From Veleropilina oligotropha (Eukaryota), in the NCBI GenBank assembly GCA_048128005.1, contig JBEUKZ010000115.1, positions 1 to 64,000 on the forward strand: a stretch of DNA of 64,000 nucleotides, in the 5' to 3' direction. A program made the translations under genes and the position numbers. Below are positions 55,650 to 64,000 of the stretch, one piece after another (the stretch's first letter is position 1; each line of letters begins with the position of its first letter). Under the pieces are notes generated by a model. The model did no database searches. It was not told the DNA's origin and saw only the letters and a list, made by a program, of their open reading frames with translations.

Positions 55650-56579
55650 TTAGGCATCGCAAACAATAGACCTGCAAAGTACCATCTTCTGCAATAATTG
55701 ACGAGAAATACTGCATTTTCATTGGTCGAGAAATGAAATTGGCTTCTAAAGTTTGTTAGTAATTAATTAGGCCAAAACGCTATTCAATGGACACCAAACT
55801 AGCTTCGCGTACAATCATTTTTCAGAACTCGCATCGCAAAGCTACCGGAAAGTACCGATCATCTTCGTAGGTTCGGAAAATTTTAACCCAATGTGAGAAT
55901 ATTTCTTACCCGGATATAAATATTTTGAAAATCGGTAAAATGTCGTGATTTCGGTAGATTAAACAATCTTGTTAATTTTGTCCGGTATACAAATGTGTTA
56001 TCCGGTAATCTACCGGTCATTCCGGTAGAGTTGACAGGTATGCAAATTAACTGCGGTCGTAACAAGGCTTCACTGGGCCAAGAATCATACTGTTAGAATT
56101 GTAATACAGTTATGAAATTTTTGCATACAGATTTGGAAGGTTTATTGGGTAACTTTGAATCACAATCTCACATATACAGATGATGCAGAATTCAAAATAG
56201 TATTTGAACAAGGATGCAGGTGCACTCTCACTGCTAAGGCATACTTACAGCAATGAAGATAGTTTGGTTGCATGTAAAATGAGGTTTCTATTTAAACCTA
56301 ATATTAGTTAAAACATACTTACGTCCTTACTCTTGCCATAATAGTCATATTATCGCTAACCGGAAACAGTGAATAAGTCACATTATGCACTCCTTTTAAG
56401 TCAAAACGTACCACGATTACCTCCCCTGCTCCCGCTCTCCTAAGTTCCCCCAGCGATATCTCGCCAAGTCTCGCGAGACTTCCGAACCATCGAAGTCACA
56501 AGACCTCAATTCAAAGTTCAGAACCCCAAAGGAACTTAGTAGAGGGGAGGAATGCGAAACGCAGGGTGGGTAATCGTGG

Positions 56580-56668
56580 TAAGGACGTAAGTATGTTTTA
56601 ACTAATATTAGGTTTAAATAGAAACCTCATATGTAGTTACAAACTTACTTACGTCCTTACTCTTGCCA
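56580..56668. repeat. DIRS internal complementary region (ICR)
   Basis: 56580-56630 is the reverse complement of 56279-56329; 56631-56668 is the reverse complement of 63521-63558. Confidence 0.93.
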
Positions 56669-57362
56669 GAATAACCTTGGATAGGTGGGTAAGTTAAGTT
56701 CCTTACAAACAACCCAAACAAGATAATGACTTACTTTTCACCATTTCAATCAGCTCGAAGCGTCGATTGTGTCCGCCCAGAGTGGAATTTACTGAGAATT
56801 ATATTCAACTCTTACCAAGCGAGAATTTCGACCAGTGTTACCGGGAGAATACGCCGTGGTGTTAGTCGGACGAGGTGAACGGAAGCCAGAGGATGCAGTC
56901 GGATTTGTAAGCACACGGAACCTAATAGGTTGTGAAAGCGTGAAATCAAAAGCAAAGAATTAATAGATTAAATAAATAATCGATATTAATAATTGATTCG
57001 CATGACCAACTTGCGAAACGCTAACATGTAAGACATGTTACTTAAAATAAATTTTAAGGAAGCAAATATTAAAATTTTTTCCAATGTCTTGAACATCGTA
57101 TGTTCTATACAGCATAGAACATCAATAATATTGAACCTCAAATCTTATAAGATTTTCGCAATATATTTGTTTATTAATTCAATGTAATCTGGCTTGTCAA
57201 TATATACTCAGGTATGACATGAAGTACAAAATCTAAAAATGTTTTTAAGAAATGAACAGACATTGAATCGCCTCATATGTGTCTATTTCATAGAACAGCT
57301 AGGCCAACAAATAACAATGCGTCAGCATGAATTATGTAAATTGATCAATCAAGAAACCATAC

Positions 57363-60300
57363 TCACTGATTAGACGACCTCGGTCTAACAATACAACGTT
57401 GAGCAGCCACACACTGTAGAGTGCTCAACCCGTCAGCCCCGGTTGAATAGTCACGCAGATAATGCTTAACAAAGACATTTGCATTCTTCCAGTAACCAGC
57501 TTGAAGCAACGCTGTGATATTTAAACTATGTCGGAAGGCAATTGAAGCCGCAATTGCACGGACTTCGTGCGCGCGCACAGATAAAATAGTGCGGTCTACT
57601 TCTTCACAGCGAGAGTATACATCTCGCACCACCTGTGAAATCCACCGCGAAACAGTTGTCTTTTTCATGTCGTGGGTGAAGGAAGGTAAATACGAAATGA
57701 ATAAACGTAATTTTCCCTGCCGTAGATCACGGGTTCTGTCGAGGTAGAAGCGCAGGGCCCGTACGGGGCAATTTAACCGGTCTTCATCATGCCTTCCGAC
57801 TAGCGTAAGCTTCGGGATAATAATATCAGGTGCGTCCTCGTTCGGCCGTTGGTTCTTGGAGAGGAAGCCCAGAATAGGACGCAGCATCACCGACCCGTCT
57901 GACTGGAATCGAATATCTCGTAGCTCGGCGGATAAGCTATGAATCTCGGAACAACGCCTGCCCGACGCTAAGGCGATCAGAAAAACCGTTTTGTGCGTTA
58001 AGTTCCTCATAGACACCGTGGACATCGGCTCATACGGGGGTAAGTGTAGAGCATTTAAAATGAGAACAATATTCCAGGCAGGTGGCCGTATGGATCGGGT
58101 CGGCATCTCGAGTTCGTAGGATCGAATAAAATCTGAAATCGTACGGTCGTTAGAGAGGCCAGCATGGGCACGACACTGTTTTAACGTGGTCGCGATCGTT
58201 GCCCGATAGCCTTTGACGGCGGACACTGACATACCGCGGTCGAAGAGCGACGATAAAAACTCGATAAACTTGTTCACAGGGGGACGGAGTATATTGACCT
58301 GCCGGCTGTGACACCAATCCACGTACTTAACCCATCGGTAGTCATAAACTTTTGTCGTGGAAAGCCTTCTCGATCGATAGATGCGTAGGGCTGTTGCGTG
58401 AGAAAATCCTTTCTTAGCAAGGGATCGTTCGATAACCGCCAGGCGTGTAAACGTAAGTCGTTCGGCGATGGATGTAGTACACGGGAGCGCGGCTGCATTA
58501 ACAGGTCCGGTCTCTGCGGGAGCGCTAACGGTCGATCGACGATCAGATCGAGGAGGGTCGGAAACCAAGGTTGCGTGCGATACAGGGGCGCGATTAGCGT
58601 TATCTCGCAACGTTCGTTCGATGCCTTCTGTAATACCAGTGTCAGAATGCACGACGGGGGGAAGGCATACGCGGACAGATTCTCCCATGTCATTGACAGT
58701 GCGTCGACCGCTAGGGCGGCCGGGTCCGGGTACGGGGAGACATACAGAGGTAGTCGGTAATTGAATTCTGTTGCAAACAGATCGACTTGGGGTTGCGACC
58801 ACCGGCGGCAAACGTCCCGAGCTACTCGGCTGTGTAGCGTCCACTCTGTGTGTATTATCTGTGATTTCCGAGAGAGCGAATCCGCTCTGACATTCAGCTT
58901 TCCCGGGATGTGTCGGGCTCGAATCGTCGAGTTGAGGGACATCACTAAGCGGTGTAGGTCTATTGCTCGGTCGCAAAGGGGACGCGAGCGAGTGCCGCCC
59001 TGGTGCTGGATGTAAGCGATGACAGTCGTGTTGTCCGTGGCGAGCATTATGTGCTTGTAGCGGAGATGTGACGAGAGGGACCGTACTGACAGGTAGACGG
59101 CTTCTAACTCTAGGAAGTTGATATGTCGTCCCTGAAGGTCCGTCGGCCATAGGCCTGATGTCTCGTAACTGTCGAGGTGACCACCCCAGCCGTCGTTCGA
59201 AGCGTCTGTGAACAGGTAAGCGTTCGGCTCTGGCGGGGATATAGGAACCGACTGGTCCGGCAAAGCAGGGTTCAACCACACTGCTGTTGTGCTGGTAAAC
59301 CAATGCCGTAGATCGATGCGATCCGTCCACTGCCCCGTCCGTTGTATCCAGCGATCCCTGAACGCCTGTTGCAACGGTCGTTTGTCCATGCGACCCGTCG
59401 GTAGCAGGGACAGTGGCCAGTTGTCGCGCCGTAGTTATGTCCGATGACAGAGTGTCTTGGATAACCGCGCGTAGGTTCCGCATACGTTTCTGGGTCGGTT
59501 TCGCGGTGTACCGGACCGTATCGAAGTCGACTCCGAGGAACGTAAACGTCGTCGAGGGCACGAAGCAGGATTTTGTCTCGTTGATCTGAAATCCCAGGCG
59601 CTTCGTCGATGACAGGGTAAAGCTCGTAGACCGGAGGCACAGATCTCGGGACGCCCCGAGGATCAGCCAGTCGTCGAGGTACATATGTACCCTGTGCCCT
59701 AGAGAGTGTAGGAAGGCTCCGAGGGCCTGTACTGTTCTCGTGAAGACGTACGGGGCTGACGATAGACCGAACGGTAGGCACCTGAATTGGTAGATCGTCT
59801 CCCCGTGTATAAACCGAAGGTACTGATGAGCCGTGATATGCATCGGGACATGCAGATACGCGTCGGTCAGATCGATAGACGCTGCCCAGTCGCCCGGACG
59901 GATGGCCGCTCGAATCTTCGAGAGGGTTTCTTGCTGGAATTTCTCCGTACGAAGATATCGGTTGAGATACGAGAGATCGAGGATCGGTCGCCAGCGGCCA
60001 TCGGGTTTCGGGACCAGGAAGAAATGGCTGTAAAATCCTGGTGTGCTGGGCGGCGCGGGATATATCGCTCTTTTTAGGAGCAAATCCCGCACTGCCTGGT
60101 CTAAGACCGCTTGTTTCTCTCCGTTTAGGAGGCGAGCGTGTCTTGATGGTGGTGCCTCGGTTAAGGTCGGATGCTGGTTGAACGCCAACTTGTATCCGGC
60201 ACTCACGACTAAGTGGACCCAGTTGCTGTCTGTCAGCTCTAGCCACGACTGGCTGTGCGCTACCAGGCACGCTCCCACCGGCGGAAGCGGGCAACTGAGA

Positions 60301-60530
60301 CCGTCGCGAATGCCGGCAGCCCTAGGGCCGAGGCTTCCCTCTCCCGCTCTGCTTACGGGATTTCGCTGGAGGTGCTTGCCTCTTTGGAGTGGGTTTATTG
60401 GCCGGAGGCCTACCACCCGAAGAGGGCTTCGCACGCTTAGAAGGCTTCGGGGCCCGGGTGGGCCCTGAGCGCTTCCTCGAGTCGGCAGGTGGACCCCGAA
60501 CGGGGTGCAGTACCGCCTTCTCGATGGCAC
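57363..60530 (-). CDS. DIRS reverse transcriptase joined by a frameshifting deletion to the tyrosine recombinase frame
   Basis: [62 protein letters not shown]. Confidence 0.85.
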   Translation of the reverse strand: MPSRRRYCTPFGVHLPTRGSAQGPPGPRSLLSVRSPLRVVGLRPINPLQRGKHLQRNPVSRAGEGSLGPRAAGIRDGLSCPLPPVGACLVAHSQSWLELTDSNWVHLVVSAGYKLAFNQHPTLTEAPPSRHARLLNGEKQAVLDQAVRDLLLKRAIYPAPPSTPGFYSHFFLVPKPDGRWRPILDLSYLNRYLRTEKFQQETLSKIRAAIRPGDWAASIDLTDAYLHVPMHITAHQYLRFIHGETIYQFRCLPFGLSSAPYVFTRTVQALGAFLHSLGHRVHMYLDDWLILGASRDLCLRSTSFTLSSTKRLGFQINETKSCFVPSTTFTFLGVDFDTVRYTAKPTQKRMRNLRAVIQDTLSSDITTARQLATVPATDGSHGQTTVATGVQGSLDTTDGAVDGSHRSTALVYQHNSSVVEPCFAGPVGSYIPARAERLPVHRRFERRLGWSPRQLRDIRPMADGPSGTTYQLPRVRSRLPVSTVPLVTSPLQAHNARHGQHDCHRLHPAPGRHSLASPLRPSNRPTPLSDVPQLDDSSPTHPGKAECQSGFALSEITDNTHRVDATQPSSSGRLPPVVATPSRSVCNRIQLPTTSVCLPVPGPGRPSGRRTVNDMGESVRVCLPPVVHSDTGITEGIERTLRDNANRAPVSHATLVSDPPRSDRRSTVSAPAETGPVNAAALPCTTSIAERLTFTRLAVIERSLAKKGFSHATALRIYRSRRLSTTKVYDYRWVKYVDWCHSRQVNILRPPVNKFIEFLSSLFDRGMSVSAVKGYRATIATTLKQCRAHAGLSNDRTISDFIRSYELEMPTRSIRPPAWNIVLILNALHLPPYEPMSTVSMRNLTHKTVFLIALASGRRCSEIHSLSAELRDIRFQSDGSVMLRPILGFLSKNQRPNEDAPDIIIPKLTLVGRHDEDRLNCPVRALRFYLDRTRDLRQGKLRLFISYLPSFTHDMKKTTVSRWISQVVRDVYSRCEEVDRTILSVRAHEVRAIAASIAFRHSLNITALLQAGYWKNANVFVKHYLRDYSTGADGLSTLQCVAAQRCIVRPRSSNQ
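58274..59389 (-). CDS. DIRS RNase H plus adenine-methyltransferase-like domain (C-terminal half of ORF2)
   Basis: FTDAS..GWG, ELEAV, TDN, ADSLS; then DLFA, YAFPP, LIAP...QPWF. Confidence 0.88.
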   Translation of the reverse strand: MDKRPLQQAFRDRWIQRTGQWTDRIDLRHWFTSTTAVWLNPALPDQSVPISPPEPNAYLFTDASNDGWGGHLDSYETSGLWPTDLQGRHINFLELEAVYLSVRSLSSHLRYKHIMLATDNTTVIAYIQHQGGTRSRPLCDRAIDLHRLVMSLNSTIRARHIPGKLNVRADSLSRKSQIIHTEWTLHSRVARDVCRRWSQPQVDLFATEFNYRLPLYVSPYPDPAALAVDALSMTWENLSAYAFPPSCILTLVLQKASNERCEITLIAPLYRTQPWFPTLLDLIVDRPLALPQRPDLLMQPRSRVLHPSPNDLRLHAWRLSNDPLLRKDFLTQQPYASIDREGFPRQKFMTTDGLSTWIGVTAGRSIYSVPL

Positions 60531-62583
60531 GGTCCTTCATGTCCGCCGCTCTCTTGTCAACGAACTCCGAAAAGTTGTCACCAAAGAGAGTGGTGGCCGA
60601 GCAAGGCACGCATCGCAACGAGCGCCGGGTGGGCTCGTCTAGCGAGGTGCCTTCCAGGCAAGCATCCCTACGAAGTAGGAGTGCATTGCCCAGGACACGT
60701 CCCGTCTCCAACGCGCTGGTCTCCTGTGCGGCAGCAACCTCCTGGAGGAAGGACAGGGCAGCCTCGTGGGCGCCGGGTCCATCCTCCTGTAGTACGGCGA
60801 TCGCGCCGTCCAAGAAAAAATCCTGAACAGACGATAGCCGTAGAGCCTGTCGGGCGGTGCTCTCGAAAGCTTCCAAGGCGGACCAAGGAACTTTCGCTAC
60901 GGAGGGAGTGTGACTGGCGGTCAGTCGACGCAACGAAGCGTCTACATGAGCCGGCTCAGTCGCCAGGCACGGACCAGTACAGGCGAACGGGATCGCTCGC
61001 GAACTGGCCCGGAGGTACCTCCCACTACGGAACCCCGAAGGGAACTCGGTCAGCGGGGAGGACTCCACCGGATGGCGCCCCTGAATGAGCTTGGTTGTCG
61101 AGTCAACGACAAGATCAACCAGCCCAGACTGAGGTAAGGAGGGGAGCTCGGGGGCTTCCCTCGCAACAAACCGATGTGCTGCCGTCCTGTGCTTGACTAC
61201 GTCTACGGCCGACCGAGTCGGTTCCGACAAGCCAAGCACCCCGCGAAGTGACGCAACGGCGTCGAGCCTTCGGCGGGTGGAGGAGGTCGGCTCCTGCGTG
61301 CCTGAAAGACTAACGTCTTCGGGCCCGACCGATTCAGGGAGGTCGGAGTGAAGGGAACCGAGGTCCTCGTCGGACCGAGGGTCGATCTCCATCACGGAGG
61401 CAGGAGCCGTGCTCTGCGCCATGGGCAGATGTGTAGGTACCAGGCGCGGCTGGGGAGCCGTCGGCCAGGCCTTACACCGTTCCTCGATCCCCGCCGCGAT
61501 CCATGCCTGGACGTTCTCAAAAGAGAAACCCGGAGGCAGGACGGGCGTCGAACTAACAGCCGGTAGTTCAGTCGAGGAAACCGTGGCGCTAGGTAGACGG
61601 GCTGCATGGACAGGTGGGACCGAGGACCAGGGTCCTAGGGCACTTGTCGAGGGGTCTAACCCGAAGGACTGGCCCGAAGGCGCAGTCAGTGGGCCGGACG
61701 ACCGATAGAACTGCGGCAACAGTTCAGATCGGTCTACCACTCTGCTCGGTCGAGGCACGGTCGGAAAACCGCCGTAGAACCCCGTCCCGAACGCAGCCTG
61801 TCTGTCCACGTTCTCTAGCGTGACCATCGTGGGTGCACGGGAAAGAACGGGCCCTCTGAATGTCTCGTGAGCTTCGAGGTTGAGCGGAAAACCCCTAGGG
61901 GTAGTCGCGTCGGTCTCGATCGAGGATTCAGGTGCCGCCGATTGTCCGGATCTTAGACCATCGTAATGGTGTCCGGCCTCTTTAAAGGCTTTCTCATTGG
62001 GTCGCTCCCCGTCGTTAAACGGAGAGGTTCCCGCAGAAGGACTAACTGTCCCCTTATTCTTCGAGGCCGAAGAAAAGGATGGGGATTGTCTGCCCTGTTC
62101 AGCTGTTCTCTGCGCTGCCAGATATACCTTGCTAGCCGGCAAGGTATGGTTGGCTGCAGCTACTAGGCCCAGTTGAGGAGGAACGGTCGGCACTCGGGCC
62201 GTTACCTGAATCTGGGGTCCCGGCAAGGTTTCGGTGACTCCCCCAAGAGTCGCGGAGGTTTCGCCGGTGGATCCGGCGACAGGCGGCCCCTTATGTCGGC
62301 TGTCGTCCAGCGTCCCTGAAGCAGACAAAGAAGAAACATTAGCCCCTAACTTACCAGTCTCTTCCTGACCCTTCTCCGGGGGAGGACCCACCGTGGCAGT
62401 CGCCCTGGTCGACTTACCCTGGTGGGATAGAACCGCCCACTGCTTATCTGATAAAAGAAGGCACAGATCACACTGATGTTTAAGACTACAAGTACGGTGA
62501 ATACGGCATTCCTTGTGCTTATCAAACCCGTGAATTTTCTGGTTACACCCGGAGCTACTGCACCGGACCATAGCTAAATACAC
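60322..62583 (-). CDS. DIRS ORF1 (gag-like), 753 aa, N-terminal Cys/His cluster
   Basis: Open 2.26-kb frame at the ORF1 position; CSSSGC...H..C..H..C.....CDLC, LLLRRD motif, basic C-terminus. Confidence 0.85.
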   Translation of the reverse strand: MYLAMVRCSSSGCNQKIHGFDKHKECRIHRTCSLKHQCDLCLLLSDKQWAVLSHQGKSTRATATVGPPPEKGQEETGKLGANVSSLSASGTLDDSRHKGPPVAGSTGETSATLGGVTETLPGPQIQVTARVPTVPPQLGLVAAANHTLPASKVYLAAQRTAEQGRQSPSFSSASKNKGTVSPSAGTSPFNDGERPNEKAFKEAGHHYDGLRSGQSAAPESSIETDATTPRGFPLNLEAHETFRGPVLSRAPTMVTLENVDRQAAFGTGFYGGFPTVPRPSRVVDRSELLPQFYRSSGPLTAPSGQSFGLDPSTSALGPWSSVPPVHAARLPSATVSSTELPAVSSTPVLPPGFSFENVQAWIAAGIEERCKAWPTAPQPRLVPTHLPMAQSTAPASVMEIDPRSDEDLGSLHSDLPESVGPEDVSLSGTQEPTSSTRRRLDAVASLRGVLGLSEPTRSAVDVVKHRTAAHRFVAREAPELPSLPQSGLVDLVVDSTTKLIQGRHPVESSPLTEFPSGFRSGRYLRASSRAIPFACTGPCLATEPAHVDASLRRLTASHTPSVAKVPWSALEAFESTARQALRLSSVQDFFLDGAIAVLQEDGPGAHEAALSFLQEVAAAQETSALETGRVLGNALLLRRDACLEGTSLDEPTRRSLRCVPCSATTLFGDNFSEFVDKRAADMKDRAIEKAVLHPVRGPPADSRKRSGPTRAPKPSKRAKPSSGGRPPANKPTPKRQAPPAKSRKQSGRGKPRP

Positions 62584-64000
62584 GGGAGGGTGGTAATGGG
62601 TAGACGGGGTAGGTAAATAGGTATATATATGGTAGTTGTGACTTTTACTACAACAACTTCAAAATTGCCCTGATCTGAAGATCAAAGATCAGGCGATATA
62701 CCGCAAAAAAACCCCGAGCTGGGGACACCGAGGCCGGGTATTTACCCGACACGACCCGGTAAAAAACCCGGCAAATTGACTAGAACAAACGGGGGTTTTC
62801 TCTTTGAAAAAACCGACCCGAAAAACACCTGAAAACCTCGTGGATGTTTTTTATGTTAGTACAATGGCGTATTATCCCAGAAACGGCAGGATATCAGAAA
62901 AACGCAAGCGTGATATCAAAACGATCCTGCCTATTAACGACGCTAGAATTTTTATACAATAATAACCAGCAATAGCGTCGTTAAGGAATTATCCAATATA
63001 ATGAGTTACCTGTTTGCAGTCTCAAACAATATCAGATAAAATACCGACCAGAATTTCTTCTATTTACACGAAACTTCCCCTCTGAGCGGCCATGCTTTTC
63101 CCTGCAACAGCGGCGATGTCGGTTTCACTGATTTTCAGAACTTCTTGAAGTTTTCGAATCACAATCTTCCGTATTCACTAGTGCTTAGTATCCACAACAC
63201 AGTGTATTCCACAACTTATATTATCTTCAGGATGAATCCTTGTTGATATAAGCTATAATAGCGTCCCCGATTTAAACATATAAATCGTAGACATCGAAAT
63301 AATTGCGGAGCAAAAAACACGTCTTTCCGTCTCGGCGGAAAACTTTGAATTGAGGTCTTGTGACTTCGATGGTTCGGAAGTCTCGCGAGACTTGGCGAGA
63401 TCTCGCTGGGGGAACTTAGGAGAGCGGGAGCAGGGGAGGTAATCGTGGTACGTTTTGACTTAAAAGGAGTGCATAATGTGACTTATTCACTGTTTCCGGT
63501 TAGCGATAATATGACTATTATGGCAAGAGTAAGGACGTAAGTAAGTTTGTAACTACATCTTAAGACTGTGTTGCAGAGTATTGCATAGATCACAGAACGG
63601 ATACAGGTTATATAATCAGACAGGTCGTTGCAGTCAGAATGTTGTGGATAAATGTTAAGAAAACGTTCCTATCATAATCACGTCGCAGCCTCACCTCAAC
63701 AGGAAGGGAAGAGTGTTGGAACCTGACATTTTACAATCAGGCAGAGGAATGACATTTGTATGATAGAAAAGCATACTACTAATGTAGTTCAACCAAGTAG
63801 CGCCAAGAATCCAGTCATTTTGATTGTTAAATTGCATTATATATTTGACAACAACACCATTTTTTCGGTCATATCACAGATCACAATCGAGACCCCGGTT
63901 TCACATTAATCGATATGTGCAGTCTTAAAGTTTTGTGGTTCACCTCCGGCATGCACATCAATTCACCATGTTTATAAAACTTTTAATAATATTGAAGTAG

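Larger units (their letters stand above)
56279..63558 (-). mobile_element. DIRS1-like tyrosine-recombinase retrotransposon, full length, near intact
   Basis: ITRs about 56316-56518 and 63341-63543, ICR 56580-56668, three overlapping ORFs (gag, RT-RH-MT, YR), no TSD. Confidence 0.96.

Noticed and set aside
54650..56250. Upstream non-coding exon donors for the M28B-like gene (GTGAGT near 54658, GTAAGT near 56248)
   Set aside because: An upstream exon is implied by the acceptor at 52375, but neither donor can be supported without transcript data
57363..60530. Novel native RT-recombinase polyprotein or prokaryotic RT/integrase system
   Set aside because: Explained by a ~26-nt deletion in a standard DIRS overlapping-ORF layout, as shown by copy 1
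58398..62166. Plus-strand ORFs within the DIRS elements
   Set aside because: Antisense shadows of GC-rich coding sequence with no recognisable motifs

Overview
AT-rich, repeat-dense animal genomic DNA; the repeat types suggest a marine invertebrate (inference). There are two host genes. (1) A single-coding-exon GT31 beta-1,3-galactosyltransferase-like gene at 3919-4986 (+). (2) An 18-coding-exon minus-strand gene (52373 to 20160, 778 aa by my manual splicing, all GT-AG, phases consistent) encoding a type II membrane protein of the glutamate carboxypeptidase II / NAALADase / transferrin-receptor (M28B) family. It has lost the catalytic Glu, several zinc ligands and the glutamate-binding pocket, yet keeps an intact frame and a cytoplasmic YRTL motif, making it a candidate receptor-like pseudopeptidase. 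Two full-length DIRS1-like tyrosine-recombinase retrotransposons (34303-41622, decayed and intronic; 56279-63558, near intact) show inverted termini, an internal complementary region reproducing the circle junction, and a leader hairpin with compensatory substitutions. Also present: a Penelope-type terminal fragment with a minimal hammerhead ribozyme motif inside (TA)n, LINE relics, Academ-like relics, Harbinger and hAT MITEs, tRNA-derived SINEs, HINE/pearl-like elements and several minisatellites. Coordinates and alignments were done by eye; reference-protein motifs are from memory.
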